Numbered from the stretch's first letter, positions 41,083 through 54,751 are shown. The stretch: DNA of 64,000 bases from an uncultured delta proteobacterium (GCA_963814585.1 CAWFDF010000004.1:32001-96000), one strand, 5' to 3'. Notes: a model not told the origin generated them from the sequence alone. Program-made: numbers and translations.

Positions 41083-41129
41083 TGAGCCCGATCGGCATGC
41101 CCGCGAGGATTAGGTGACTGGAGGTTCCG

Positions 41130-42033
41130 ATGCGCATCCTGCTCGCGGTCGATGGCTCGGTCTCGAGCGACCGCGCCATCCAGCTCGTCTCCAGCCTGGA
41201 GCTGCCTCCCGACTCGCTCATCCGCGTGGTCTCCGTGCAGGAGCGCTTTGCGGACGCTCTCTCCGTGTCGTGGGCCGCCGTTGGCGACTCGAGCCCCAGT
41301 CTGGACACCGGGGAGGATGCCGACGCGCGCCACCGTCGCGAGGCCATCGCCCGGGCAGAGGGCACGCTCATGACCCCGGGAAGGAAGGTCGAGGGGTTCC
41401 TGCTGCACGGCCGCCCGGGAAGCGCGATCGTTGACGAGGCGGCGGCGATGAGCGCCGATCTCCTGGTTGTCGGCAGCCGGGGGCATGGCCGGATCGCGAC
41501 GATGCTGCTCGGCAGCACCGCCTCCGAGATCGTGGACCACGCACCATGCCCGGTCCTCGTCGCGCGCCACCACCACCTGGGGCCCGTCGCGTTCGCGGAC
41601 GACGGATCCAGCTCGGCCCGGAATGCCGAATCCGTGTTCACCCGCTGGCCCGTGTTCGCGGGCGAGGCCATCAGCGTGATCACCGTCGCCGAGACCGCGG
41701 TGCCCGTTGCTGCCGGCTTCACGCCCGGCATGTATGACCAGACCTATGCGTCGTACGCCGCATCGGCCGACGAGACGCGCAGCGCGGTGCGGGACGAGGC
41801 GGAGGGAGAGGCCCACCGGCTGGCCGACCTCGGACTCGATGCGCGAGCCATCACACTGGAGGGCGACCCTTCCACGGAGATCGTGCGCTTTGCTGCGGAG
41901 CGCGAGATCGCCACGGTCGTGATGGGGACGCGCGGCCGCACGGGACTGACGCGCCTGATCCTCGGCAGCGTCGCGCGCGAACGTGCTCCTGCACGCCTCC
42001 TGTTCGGTGCTGATCGTCCGCGACCGCAGCTAG
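41130..42033 (+). CDS. Tandem-domain universal stress protein with an indel near 41978
   Basis: ILLAVDGS, VVGSRGHG..LLGS, VMGTRGRTG..ILGSVA; ends VLIVRDRS* in the shifted frame. Confidence 0.9.
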
Positions 42034-42045
42034 CCGGTCGAGCGC

Positions 42046-43046
42046 TCAGGTGCGCCCGGCCAACCCCGCAGCAAGCCCGCCGACGCGCTCGACGAGCCGC
42101 CGGAGGAACTCGTCCGCGTCGGCTTCGACGGCGACGTCCGCGTTCGCGGCCCTGCCCCACAGGCCGCGCCGGTCGGCGATCGTCTGGCCGTCTGCCGGGC
42201 CGCCCGAGGCGTCCACATCCACGGCTGCGGGTTCCGAGCGCACGAGCGACGGATCAAGCGCCGCGGCGACCACCAGCGGATCGTGGATGAACGCGCCGTA
42301 GAACCCGTCGTACCGGGCGTGGAACTCGAAGTACCAGCGGAGGGCGTCCTGCACATAGCGAACGACGGGGCTGCCGGCATCGCCCGCACGGCTGGCGAGC
42401 GCCTCGAGGTCCCGGGGGAGAAGGCGGGCATGCTCGGTGACGTCCAGCCCCATCGCAAGCGCACGCGGCGTCGACGGATCTGCCGTCACGGCGGCCTGCC
42501 ATGCGCCAAGGCAGATCCGGGCGGCCTCCGGGTCGCAGTGGATGTTCCACTCGGTGGTGGGGGTCGTGTTCCCGGGAACGCTGAACGCGCCGCCCATGAA
42601 GATCCAGCGCTTGAGGAGGCGGGGCAATGCGGGTTCCGCCAGCACCGCGACGGCGAGGTTCGTGAGTGGTCCGAGCGTCACCAGGGTCAACGCTCCCGGA
42701 CGACGCCGGGCCTCGTCCACGATGAGCGACGGGGCGAAGCGCTCTGACGCCGGCCGGGACGGCTCGGGCAGCTCGGCGTAGCCGATCCCGTGGGGGCCGT
42801 GCGTCTCCGGCGTGGTCTCCAGCGCGCGGAGCAGCGGCACCGCTCGACCGATCGCCACGTCCACATCCGTGCGCCCGGCAAGCTCGAGGATGGCACGCGT
42901 GTTCCTCGCCACATCCTCGACCTCGACATTGCCCGACAGGCAGGTGACCGCCACCAGCTCCGCTTCGGGGCTCGCCGCCGCATAGAGCAGCGCCAGCGAG
43001 TCGTCGATGCCGGTGTCGACGTCCAGGATGAGCGGGACGCGCTCAC
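42046..43046 (-). CDS. IUNH-family nucleoside hydrolase
   Basis: LDVDTGIDD, LGPLTNLA, MGG, EWNIHCDPEAA, LDVT, HDP; possible indel at the start. Confidence 0.9.
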
Positions 43047-43082
43047 CGGCTCCCGTGAGTCGGCGGTCTGGTCGGCGATCGT

Positions 43083-44752
43083 TCACGCCGTCGTCGCGGT
43101 GGCCATCAGGGCGCGCTCGGCCAGGCCCAGCGGCAGCGCCCCGGAGGAGGTGATTGCGTCGTGGAAGTCGCGCAGCACCTCGATGGGCACGTCCCGCCCA
43201 TCGACGCCGGCGAAGCCACGCGCGGCGAGGTAGCGGTCCCGGATCCCCAGGATCTCGAGACAGCCGGTGAGGTACGACGATGCCTGCGTCGGCCACCAGC
43301 AGTAGCGGCCGACCTCCGCCTTCGCCACCGGCGCGGGCAGGGCCGCCTTCTCCTGCATGAAGCCGACGGCCTCGTCGAACGTCATCTCGCCCAGGTGGAG
43401 CGACGTGTCCACGATGATCCGCGCAGCCCTGAACAGCGTGCCGTTGAGGTGGTGCAGCTCGTGGATGGGCGACTCGAAGAACCCGCGCTCGCGCATCACC
43501 CGCTCCGCGTACAACGCCCAGCCCTCGGAGAAGTACGGCGTGGAGTAGACCCGGCGCACATCCGACGGGTTCCCCTTGCGCATGACGAGGTGCCAGTGGT
43601 GGCCCGGATACGCCTCGTGCACGGACGTGGTCGGGATGGACCCGTACGAGTTGTTCGACAGGCGGGACTGGATCTCCTCCTCCGGTGCTCCGTCGGGAGC
43701 GAACGGCACGAAGAAGTGACCCTTCCAGCGGTCGGAGAACGCGGGCGGGGCGACATACGACGCCACCCCGAGGACCGGTCGCTGGAACACCGGCGACGGG
43801 ACGACAGCACAGGTCTCGCCTGGCGGCAGGGTCACCAGGCCGGTCTCGACCAGGAACGCGCGAGCCCGCTCCGTCCAGTCCGTGTACGCCTCGAGCATCG
43901 CCTGCTCGGTGGGCGGATGACGCCGGTCGTCCTCGCGGATCACCGCCACGTAATCGGGGTTGCCCGTCGCATCCGCAGACAGCGCCCGCATCTCGGTGTC
44001 CAGGCGGTCGAACTCCTCCAGGCCGCGTTCACGGAGCGAGCGCGCGTCGTCACCCAGGACCTCACGCTCGCGCAGGATCCGGGAGTAGCCCGCCTCGCCA
44101 AGCTGCCACGAACCCTCGGCGCGAGGGAGGAAGCCTTCGAGGTGGCCGACCCAGCGCTCGAGGTGGGGGTGGCGGTCTCGCCGGCTGCCTTGAGGCGTTC
44201 GCGCAGGACCGGATCTTCCACATCCCGCCAGACGAGGTCGCGGACGTAGCGGACGGAGGAGCGGGCGGCATTGAGGCCGCGCTCAACGATCAGGGGATGG
44301 GCGAGCGTCGGATCCAGGTTGGCGATGCCCGCGTCCACGACAGACGCCGCCTGGTCCAGGCGGGCGACGCTGGCTTCGACGCGGTCCCCTTCGCCCGTGA
44401 GGCGCTGGAGGAAGAGCGTGAACAGGCCGCCCGTGACCGGGCCGGTGTACACGTACGGGTCCCGCTTCCAGCCTTCGAACGGCGCCAGGATCAGGCGGCC
44501 GCGGAGCACGGAGCGAGCCAGGTCCCGGTCGATGGTCTCGTCCTGGGTCAGCCCGTTGTCGCCGATGTCGTCCAGGCGGGCGAGGAAGTTGCGGGCATAC
44601 GCGTCGCGGGCGAGAAACGCATCGGCGGAGAGGTCGTCCAGCCTGTCGTCGTAGTCGGTCAGGCCGAGGCCGCTGGCCGCGGTGGGCGAGGCCCCGAAGT
44701 CATCGTGCAGCAGGTTCTGGAGGGTGCTCGCCAGGATCTCGGACTCGGTCAC
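43083..44752 (-). CDS. DUF885 family protein with indels around 44085-44170
   Basis: HEAYPGHH, EGWALYAE, PTQASSY. Confidence 0.88.
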
Positions 44753-44762
44753 GGGTCCTCCG

Positions 44763-45613
44763 TCAGGTCGCTTTCGGGTTCACGGCCCGACAGCGGTCCC
44801 GGACCGGGCACAGGTCGTGCTTGGGGTTCTGCGCATGGCAGATGACGCGCCCGTGGTGGATCAGCAGCACGTGGGCGGCATACATCTGGTCCGGCTCCAG
44901 GATCGCCAGGAACAGGTCGTGGGCCTGGTCCGCCGACACCTTCGCCGGGATCAGGCCGATGCGCTTTGACACCCGCTCGACGTGGCGGTCCACCGCCATG
45001 ACGGGTGCGCCGAAGCAGAAGGCAAGAACGATCGAGGCGGTCTTCTTGCCGATGCCATCGATGGCGGTCAGCCACTCGCGCGCTTCGAGCACCGGCATCC
45101 CGCCGAGGAACTCCAGCGAGTAGTCGCCGCGCTGTTCGCGGATGTGGCGGAGCGTCGCCTGCAGGCGCGGCGCTTTCTGGGGGCCCAGGCCGCCTGGGCG
45201 GATGACATCGATCAGCTGGGCAGCGGCGCGTTCTCGACTGCCGTCCAGTCCGGCGGCGGGGCGGTGGTCAGTCCCTCGCCGCCCCACCCGATCCCATGCT
45301 TGTGCTCCTCGGGCGCCTTGCTGCTGGGGTAGGCGACGCGCAGGGCCTCGTATGCCTTCTCGGCGTTCACGTCGGCGGTGTTCTGGGTGAGGATCGTGAG
45401 GATGAGCTCGCTCGTGGGGTCCAGCCGGGACTCCCAGGTCTGCGGGCCGTACGAGGCCGTGAGGCCGTCCAGCACGTAGGCCTGCAGGCCCGGCCGGTAC
45501 CGGCGCAGGTAGCTCGCCCACGCCTTTGCCGGGTCAACCGGCTTGCGGGCACGCTTGACGGGCTTCTTCGCCGTGGACGGTCTCGCGGACCTGGCGGAGG
45601 TCGCGGCGCTCAC
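44763..45613 (-). CDS. nth: Endonuclease III (HhH-GPD) family glycosylase with an indel near 45215
   Basis: LTILTQNT, GIGKKTA, AVDRHVERV, C-terminal Cys cluster with one Cys replaced by His. Confidence 0.85.
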
Positions 45614-45999
45614 CAGATGGTCTCGACGTCGTACATGGCCAGCAGTGGATCTCCCGTGATGATCGGCACGCCCTCGACCTGGCCCTGTGCCACGAGCATC
45701 CGGTCGAACGGATCCGCATGCAGCAGGGGCAGCGCACCGGCCCGGAAGCGCGTGTGCCAAGTCGATGGCCAGCAACTCGAACCCGTGCTTCCGGATCCGG
45801 TCCGGCACGTATGCCTCCGCGGGCGCTTCAAGCTCGAGCCTGCCGGCGGCGGACTTGATGGCGATCTCCCAGGCGGTCGCGGCACTCACCAGCACGTGGA
45901 CATGCGGGTCACCGATGGTCGCGGCGGCGCGCTGCGTCAGCCGGTCCGCCCGGCGATCCACAGCAGGAATGTCTTCGTGTCCAGCAGCACCCGGGTCAT
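45610..45999 (-). CDS. vapC: VapC PIN-domain toxin (indels)
   Basis: LLDT, SAATAWEIAIK, H.DPFDRMLVAQ, ITGD. Confidence 0.85.
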
Positions 46000-46245
46000 C
46001 CGCCGGACTCCCGGGGTGCGCTTGCGAACGCGGCATACCCGGCGACATCGGCCAGCGGCTCGTCGAAGTCGTCGTGGACGACGACGCGGTCGTGCCCCGG
46101 CTGACGTCGAGGCGGTGCCGTCGAGCGGCGCGAGCATGGCCACGGGGCGCCCGGCATTTGCGATGACGATCTGCTCCCCGTGCTGGACGCGTTCGAGCAG
46201 GCGCGAGAGGTGTGTCTTCGCCTCGTGGATGTTTACGGTCGCCAT
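45996..46245 (-). CDS. Phd/YefM antitoxin (3' end uncertain because of indels)
   Basis: VNIHEAKTHLSRLL..V..GE.IVI..AGRPVA, DDFDEPL. Confidence 0.85.
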
Positions 46246-46310
46246 GGTCTCGGTCGGACTGAGTCGGTAGAGCCTTAGTCGGTTCGGCGGAGGAGGGCAG
46301 CTCAGCGGCG

Positions 46311-47478
46311 CTAGCCTGCTCGACCGCCTCGGGCTGGGACGACCGGTTCCGGCTGGGCGACACCGACGAGCTGCGCGATCCGCTCGCCGCAGCGCTCGAG
46401 CGGGGCCGCCCGCCGCCGATGGCCGCCTCCACGGATTGCGGGCGCTCGCTGACGGGAACCGCGATCGCGCCAACCGCCGCCAGCGCCGTGATGCCCTTCG
46501 GGGTGACGCCGCCGCCAACCGCGAGGCACGGAACCCCGGCGGCCTGTGCACGCCGTGCGACTCCCTGCGCGGTCTTGCCGAAGGCGGTCTGGGCGTCGAT
46601 CCGGCCCTCGCCGTGATCACCAGGTCTGCGGTCGCGAGCGCCGCCTCGATCCGGCCTCCGACATCACCGAGGTCGATGCCCGGCGCAAGGCGCAGCTCGC
46701 GGAACCGGTCCGCCAGGCAGAGGAGCCCGAAGCCGAGCCGCCCGCCGCGCCCGCTCCAGGCGTGTCGCGCTCCCGGCGGCCCGTCGCAGTTCGAGGGCAT
46801 CGGCGAAACCGGGCCAGGCGCGCATCGAGCAGTCCGCCACCTGGTCCCCGGTCGCGCCCTTCTGGAGACCGGTACCGGAGCGGCGCCGTCAGGGCCGAGC
46901 AGCGGGGTCGTCACGTCGAGGCGACCCGCAGCCGGACCTCGGCAAGGCGCGGTCGAGCCCGCCAGGCGATGGAGGTCATGTCGACGGCGACGTTCGCGCC
47001 GAGCGCCCTGAGCATGCCTGCGCCGCCATCCGTCGTCGCCGACCGCCGATTCCCGAGCGCGATGTCCCTGATCCCCGCATCGAGTACGGCGCGCAGCAGG
47101 TCGCCGGTGCCGTGCGTTCCTGCGCGCATCGCGTCCCGCGCGCCAGGCTTGATGAGCGACAGCCCGGAGGCGCGGGCCATCTCGACGAACGCAGCCGCTT
47201 CATCCCTGCGGCACAGCCAGTCGGCGAGGATCGGGCGGTCGAGCGGGTCGCGGGCATCCGGCAGTCCGCCGGATCCAGCCCCCCGCCGCCTCGATGGCCA
47301 CCAGCGTCCCCTCGCCACCGTCGGCGAGCGGCGCGAGACGGACCTCGTCAGCCGGTCGCGCGCGCAGCCAGCCGGCCTGGAGCGCACGCGCAACCTCGAG
47401 GCTCGTCAGGGACCCCTTGAACGAGTCGGGCGCTATGAGCACACGGAGCGGGTCGGCACCCGTGAACCCGCCAGCCAC
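46311..47478 (-). CDS. Glycerate kinase (GlxK family), many indels
   Basis: IAPDSFKGSL, PLADGGEGT, EMARASGL, SATTDGGAG, GKTA. Confidence 0.85.
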
Positions 47479-47480
47479 GA

Positions 47481-48921
47481 TCAGTCGCCCTCGTCGCCGC
47501 CGTTGCCGGCGCGATGCTGGCGCTCCGCGTACTCCGGGATGCGGATCATCGGCGGCCGCTCGTGGTCGGCAAGCTCCATGACCTCCAGGGACAGGCGGCC
47601 GCGCCCTGACCGCGGCAGCTTCATCGTCGAGCCGAGCTCTGCGAACAGCGGACCGCCGCCGCTCCTCATCCGCTTCATCACCGCCTGGAGGATGACGAAG
47701 GACATCCGTGACAGGCCCTCGAGCTCCTGGTTGCGATGGACGCGCCGCTCCAGATCCACCTGGCCAAGCCCGTCGAGGCCGGCCTTGTCCAGCGCATCGA
47801 TCAGGTGCCCGATCGACCGCGTAGCCGGTGAAGAACGGGAGCTGCTCGAGGAGCGTCCGGCGGCCGCGTACTCCCCTGCAAGCGGCTGGATGAGGCCGAG
47901 ACAGCGGGAAGAACAGGTCGAAGGCGCGGCCCTCGCCACCAGCTCCGTCACGCGTCGTCGCCGCCCTCCTTGAGGACTCCCGCCTCGACGATGGCGGCTG
48001 GTCGTAGCCCTTCACGTACTGCAACCGCGGCTCGACGAGGAGCGGGCCGCAGCGTTCCGTACACCATGCGGTGGTGCCAGTTGCGCACGTCGGTGTCTCG
48101 TCCAGACCACGACGTCCCCGGATGTGGCCTAGCAGCGACTTCCAGAGCGCCTCGCCCTTGCCCGTGAACGAGCCGTACTGCGGAGCACCTCGTCGTGACG
48201 CACGACGCGCGCCCTGGCCTCCGGCGATGGCACGGTGTCGTCCGTGGAAGCGGAGTCGATCACGAGCACCTCGTCCAGCAGCGGGTATCGCTCCTGCATC
48301 TCGCGAACCGCCCGCCGCACGATGGGCCCGATCGTCTCCTCCTCGTTCAGGGTTGGCAGGACGAGGCTGACCGTCACCCCCTGCTTCTCCTTGAGCAACG
48401 TCAGGCGGCCGAGGTCGCCGAACTCGGAGTGGTGGAAGTTCGCCTCCGCGAACCAGCGGTCGACCCTGGCCGGGGACGGCACGCGACTCCTCGGCGGCGC
48501 GGTCGGCGGCCGCCAGGGTCTCGGCGCGACTCGCCAGCTGCTCGAACGTCTGCCGGCCGATGGGCTCGCGGGTCTTGACCACGATCACCGTCGGCTTCGC
48601 CCGTTGTGCGATCGCCTCCGGGAGCGGACCGAACAGGGCGCCACCGGGCTCACCGGGGGGTGCCGACGCGCCCATCACGACCAGGTCCGCACGCTCGGCC
48701 TCGCGGAGGATCGCAGCGCGCACGTTCGCGGTCTCGCGCAGCAGGGGCTCGGAGCGCGCGGTCACGAACTCGCGGGCGAAGGAGGCAAGCGCCCGCTCGG
48801 CTTGGGCCCGGACACCTTCCGTCACGCCGGCCGGCACGAGGTGCATGACGACGACGGTGGCGCCATGTCGGTGGGCGAGCGCGTCCGCGAAGCGCAAGGC
48901 CAGCTCTGCGTGCGGGCCACC
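47481..48921 (-). CDS. USP-domain + glucosyl-3-phosphoglycerate synthase (GT2) fusion; N-terminus lost at the junction; many indels
   Basis: GGPHAELAL and DLVVMGAS (USP); [46 protein letters not shown] (GpgS). Confidence 0.8.
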
Positions 48922-50628
<1,707 letters not shown>

Positions 50629-51183
50629 CTAGAAGGTCGGCGGGCTCGAGTCTTCGTGGCCGACAGGAGGACAGACCCAGGTGCAGGTCAGGTCGGTCTC
50701 GTCGGTCTGGTAGAGGCCATTGATGCGCTGGTACTTGATGAACCTGTAGCTAGGTAGTCCACGGCCATCCAGGTCGCCGCAGCGACTCGATGAGAAGGGT
50801 CGGGTAGGGCCGTCGCATTGTCGTCGGCGGTGACCTGGTAGCTGTAATACATCGAGCCCTCGATTTCCTCGGTGCTCTGGAAGAGCATCTATCCAACCCA
50901 GGGCCCTCCAGTTCGGGACCCGCTTTGTTGACGACGGGACCCCTGGGGGCTGGTAGCCACCGAACAGGGACCCGCCGGGGATGGCCCCGTGCTGCACATA
51001 GACGTCAGCTATGGCTTTCTTGATTCGGAGCATCACCTCGTGGCGCTCAGCGGCCTTGGACCTGAGGACCAGTTTGCCGAACTCCGGGATGGCCACGGAA
51101 GCAAGGATGCCAATGATGGCGACCACCACCATAAGCTCAATAAGCGTGAAGCCCTTCTCAATGGTCGTTGCGGTTCGCTTCAT
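50629..51183 (-). CDS. Type IVa pilin (PilA-like), compensating indels around 50780-50890
   Basis: KG/FTLIELMVVVAIIGILASVAIP prepilin motif, GDLDG. Confidence 0.85.
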   Translation of the reverse strand: MKRTATTIEKGFTLIELMVVVAIIGILASVAIPEFGKLVLRSKAAERHEVMLRIKKAIADVYVQHGAIPGGSLFGGYQPPGVPSSTKRVPNWRALGWIDALPEHRGNRGLDVLQLPGHRRRQCDGPTRPFSSSRCGDLDGRGLPSYRFIKYQRINGLYQTDETDLTCTWVCPPVGHEDSSPPTF

Positions 51184-51536
51184 GGCATCTCCCTCTTGAC
51201 TGCGGCAGGTGTGTCCGCGCCAACCGCCGTGATCCTCAAGCCACCAAGGTTGGTCTCCGTGACCGTGTTCCCGATCAGCTTCTGCTGCGACTTGAACCGC
51301 TCCACCTGGCCGGGATCAGGAGCACCCTTGACAGGAACCAGTTCCCGCGCCGTAGCCCCAGGCGGCGCTGGCAGGAGCATCATCCCGTCCGGCTGACCCG
51401 GATAGGACTTCAGCTGGGAAACGGCTTCTTGAAGCTTCCAATAGCGGTACCCGTGAAATGCACCGGCCCCAACCAACGCCATCGCCAGGAGAGTCCAGAC
51501 CAAACGGCCCCGCCTGCGTTCAGTCGACCTCTCCAT
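51180..51536 (-). CDS. Small single-TM hypothetical protein coupled to the pilin gene
   Basis: N-terminal TM helix, ATGA overlap with the pilin. Confidence 0.6.
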   Translation of the reverse strand: MERSTERRRGRLVWTLLAMALVGAGAFHGYRYWKLQEAVSQLKSYPGQPDGMMLLPAPPGATARELVPVKGAPDPGQVERFKSQQKLIGNTVTETNLGGLRITAVGADTPAAVKREMP

Positions 51537-52587
51537 CGTCGACGCCCGACTTGTCGCTGAGGAAGCGGACCGAGGAAGCCGCACCGGAGGCGGCCCGGCC
51601 GCCGGCGCGCGCCGGCGCCAGGGGGAGCTCGGCCGTGCCGATCTCCTGGCAGGCCTCGGAGAAGTCGACGGCCTCCCTCACCAGCGCGTTCCGGATCGCC
51701 TCGAGCGGCTCCCTGACGGCAGGCGAGGCGTCCACCAGCAGCGCCTTCACGGCGCCGAGCAGGCCGTCGATCTCCGCGAGCAGCCCGGCCACCGCCGCAG
51801 CGTCGACCGGCCGGCCCGGAGCCGGTCGGGTCGCCAGCGCCGCGGCCACGCGGAGCCGCAGCACGGCGGCCTGCCGGATGGTCACGGCGTCGACCGGCAC
51901 CGCGCCGCTGGTGAAGACCTCGCGCTCCAGGCTGGAGAGCCCTCCCACCACCTGCCCGGCCACCTCGCCCAGCGGCGAGGGAGCGCCCGCGCCTCCCAGG
52001 GCCGCTCTCAGCGCTCGCTCCGCCTCGGCCGCGGTCGGGCCGGTGGCGGGCCAGAGGGGCGCTCCCGCCGGCGCGGCCGGCCCGGCCCCGGACACCGCGG
52101 CCAGCGTCTCCGGCACCGGCGTGGCCACGGTGGCGCCGAGGTCGGTGAAGAGATTGAGCGTGGTCTCGGCGGGGGGCCTGGGCGGCGCTGGCGCGACCGC
52201 GGCCCTGGCCGCGGGCCTGGCGGCGACGGCCTGGCCGCCGCCGATGGCCCGCTCGATGGCGGGCAGCACCGACACCACCTGCCCGTCCCACGGCACGGCG
52301 TCGATGGCGAGCGGCCCGAGCGAGAGCGCCGCGCCCTCCTGTCCACGGGCGAGCGCCGCCACCACGCGGAGCCCGGGGCGCTGCTGGCGGAGCTGCGTGA
52401 GCGCCGGCAGCCAGCGCGGCTCGTACTCCACCACCAGGACACCGCTCGACTCGGCGCAGAGCGTCAGCGCCACCGACGGCTCCGGGGCGATGCGCGGACG
52501 GGTGCCGGCCCGCTCGGTGACCGGCGCGAAGAGCGCCAGGGCGAACGGCTTGGTCCCTGCGATGACGACGTCGGTTGGTCCGGCCAT
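51520..52587 (-). CDS. Hypothetical protein (possible degenerate receiver-like N-terminus, Pro/Ala linker, helical C-terminus)
   Basis: Long ORF with strong GC3 bias. Confidence 0.65.
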   Translation of the reverse strand: MAGPTDVVIAGTKPFALALFAPVTERAGTRPRIAPEPSVALTLCAESSGVLVVEYEPRWLPALTQLRQQRPGLRVVAALARGQEGAALSLGPLAIDAVPWDGQVVSVLPAIERAIGGGQAVAARPAARAAVAPAPPRPPAETTLNLFTDLGATVATPVPETLAAVSGAGPAAPAGAPLWPATGPTAAEAERALRAALGGAGAPSPLGEVAGQVVGGLSSLEREVFTSGAVPVDAVTIRQAAVLRLRVAAALATRPAPGRPVDAAAVAGLLAEIDGLLGAVKALLVDASPAVREPLEAIRNALVREAVDFSEACQEIGTAELPLAPARAGGRAASGAASSVRFLSDKSGVDDGEVD

Positions 52588-52794
52588 GGAGTCGCGCGCT
52601 CGCTGCGGAGCACTGTCAGGATGATACTCCCCTCGCGCAACTTCTCCACTCCTACACCCACGCACCTCGCCCGCGTACCTCGTTCCCATGACACCGCGGC
52701 CGGCCCGCAGCACCCGCACCATGGGTGTGGGTGACGGCGCGTGGAGCGGCGCCGGGCCGGAGCTCCTGCCGGGAAGCTCCCGTCCGGCGGCTCG

Positions 52795-52823
52795 TTGACA
52801 GGCCCGCGGCCACGCCGTACCGT
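52795..52823 (+). promoter_or_regulatory. Sigma70 promoter of rho
   Basis: TTGACA-17 nt-TACCGT. Confidence 0.75.
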
Positions 52824-52914
52824 CAGGGCCTCCCCTCCTCGCTTCCCGAGCGACGATCCACCCGCCAGCGCCGCGCCTCGACCAGCCGCCTGGCCTCACC
52901 TCACGGACGGTTCC

Positions 52915-54225
52915 ATGTCCACCGACGCCGCCGCGCCCGCCACCGCCTCCATCCCCGAGCTGAAGCACCTGAAGGTGGCCGAGCTGGCGGCCCTGGCCCG
53001 CTCCCTCGACATCGAGGGGGCCAGCTCGCTCAAGAAGCAGGACCTGATCTTCGCCATCCTCACCGCCCGCTCCAGGGTGGCCGAGGAGAAGAAGGAGGAG
53101 ATGGAGGTCGGAGGCGAGGGGACGCTGGAGGTGCTCCCCGACGGCTTCGGCTTCCTGCGCAGCCCCGACTTCAGCTACCTCCCGGGCCCCGACGACATCT
53201 ACGTCTCGCCGTCGCAGATCCGGCGCTTCAACCTGCGCACCGGCGACACGCTGCGCGGCACGGTCCGCCAGCCCAAGGAGGGCGAGCGCTACTTCGCCCT
53301 GCTCCGGGTCGACTCGATCAACGGCTCACCGCCCGAGGAGAACCAGGCCAAGGTCCTCTTCGACAACCTGACGCCGCTCTACCCGACCGAGCGGCTCCGG
53401 CTCGAGCACGACCCCAACGAGATGACCACCCGCGTGGTGGACCTCTTCGCGCCCATCGGCAAGGGGCAGCGCTGCCTGGTGGTCTCGCCGCCGCGCGCCG
53501 GCAAGACGGTGCTGCTGCAGCACATGGCCCAGGCCATCACCACCAACCACCCCGAGGTCACCCTCATCGTGCTGCTCATCGACGAGCGGCCGGAGGAGGT
53601 CACCGACATGGAGCGGACGGTGCAGGGCGAGGTGGTGGCCTCCACCTTCGACGAGCCCGCCACCCGCCACGTGCAGGTGGCCGAGATGGTGATCGAGAAG
53701 GCCCGGCGGCTGGTGGAGCACAAGCGCGACGTGGTGATCCTGCTCGACTCCATCACCAGGCTGGCGCGCGCCTACAACTCCACCGTCCCGCCCTCGGGCA
53801 AGATCCTCTCCGGCGGCGTCGACTCCAACGCCCTCCACAAGCCCAAGCGCTTCTTCGGGGCGGCCCGCAACATCGAGGAGGGCGGCTCGCTCACCATCAT
53901 CGGCACCGCCCTGGTCGACACCGGCAGCCGCATGGACGAGGTGATCTTCGAGGAGTTCAAGGGGACCGGCAACTCGGAGATCGTGCTCGACCGGAAGCTC
54001 ATGGAGAAGCGGATCTTCCCCTGCATGGACATCGGCAAGAGCGGCACCCGCAAGGAGGAGCTGCTGCTGCCGCCCGACTGGCTCTCCAAGATCTACATCC
54101 TCCGCCAGACCATCCTGAACGGGCTCGACAACGTCGAGGCCATGAAGTTCATGCTCGACAAGTTCCGCCAGGTGAAGAGCCACGAGGAGTTCTTCAAGAT
54201 GATGGTGGCCGGCGGCGGCAAGTAG
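52915..54225 (+). CDS. rho: Transcription termination factor Rho
   Basis: [55 protein letters not shown]. Confidence 0.98.
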   Translation: MSTDAAAPATASIPELKHLKVAELAALARSLDIEGASSLKKQDLIFAILTARSRVAEEKKEEMEVGGEGTLEVLPDGFGFLRSPDFSYLPGPDDIYVSPSQIRRFNLRTGDTLRGTVRQPKEGERYFALLRVDSINGSPPEENQAKVLFDNLTPLYPTERLRLEHDPNEMTTRVVDLFAPIGKGQRCLVVSPPRAGKTVLLQHMAQAITTNHPEVTLIVLLIDERPEEVTDMERTVQGEVVASTFDEPATRHVQVAEMVIEKARRLVEHKRDVVILLDSITRLARAYNSTVPPSGKILSGGVDSNALHKPKRFFGAARNIEEGGSLTIIGTALVDTGSRMDEVIFEEFKGTGNSEIVLDRKLMEKRIFPCMDIGKSGTRKEELLLPPDWLSKIYILRQTILNGLDNVEAMKFMLDKFRQVKSHEEFFKMMVAGGGK

Positions 54226-54258
54226 GGGCGAGGCGGCCCGGCGGGCGGGGCCAGGGGG

Positions 54259-54287
54259 TTGACGTCACCCCCCGATCCGACTAGATC
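54259..54287 (+). promoter_or_regulatory. Sigma70 promoter of rpmE
   Basis: TTGACG-17 nt-TAGATC. Confidence 0.55.
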
Positions 54288-54361
54288 CCGCGGTTCCCAC
54301 AGCGGTGCCCGGACCACCGCCGCCCTCCGGCGCGGTGCAAGCGGCCCAGGAGAAGGACGTC

Positions 54362-54751
54362 ATGAAGGAAGGCATCCACCCCGACTACAAGCCGGCCAAG
54401 GTGCTCTGCGCCTGCGGCAACGAGATCGTCACCCGGTCCGTCCGCGGCGACTTCCACGTCGAGATCTGCTCCGCCTGCCACCCGTTCTTCACCGGCAAGC
54501 AGAAGATCATGGACACCGCCGGGCGCATCGAGAAGTTCAAGAACCGCTACGGCAACGCCTCCTCGGCCACCGTGAGCGCCGCCCCGGTCAAGAAGGCCGA
54601 GCCGGCCGCGCCGGCCAGGAAGGCCGACGCCAGCGGGAACCGCGCCACCAAGCGCGCCAAGGCCAACGCCGGCAAGCCCAAGAAGGCCGCGGAGGCCGCC
54701 GCCGAGGCGCCCGCCGAGGCCCCGGCCACCGACGCGCCGGCCGCCGGGTAG
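54362..54751 (+). CDS. rpmE: 50S ribosomal protein L31 (Zn-binding type) with a long Ala/Lys tail
   Basis: [34 protein letters not shown]. Confidence 0.95.
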   Translation: MKEGIHPDYKPAKVLCACGNEIVTRSVRGDFHVEICSACHPFFTGKQKIMDTAGRIEKFKNRYGNASSATVSAAPVKKAEPAAPARKADASGNRATKRAKANAGKPKKAAEAAAEAPAEAPATDAPAAG

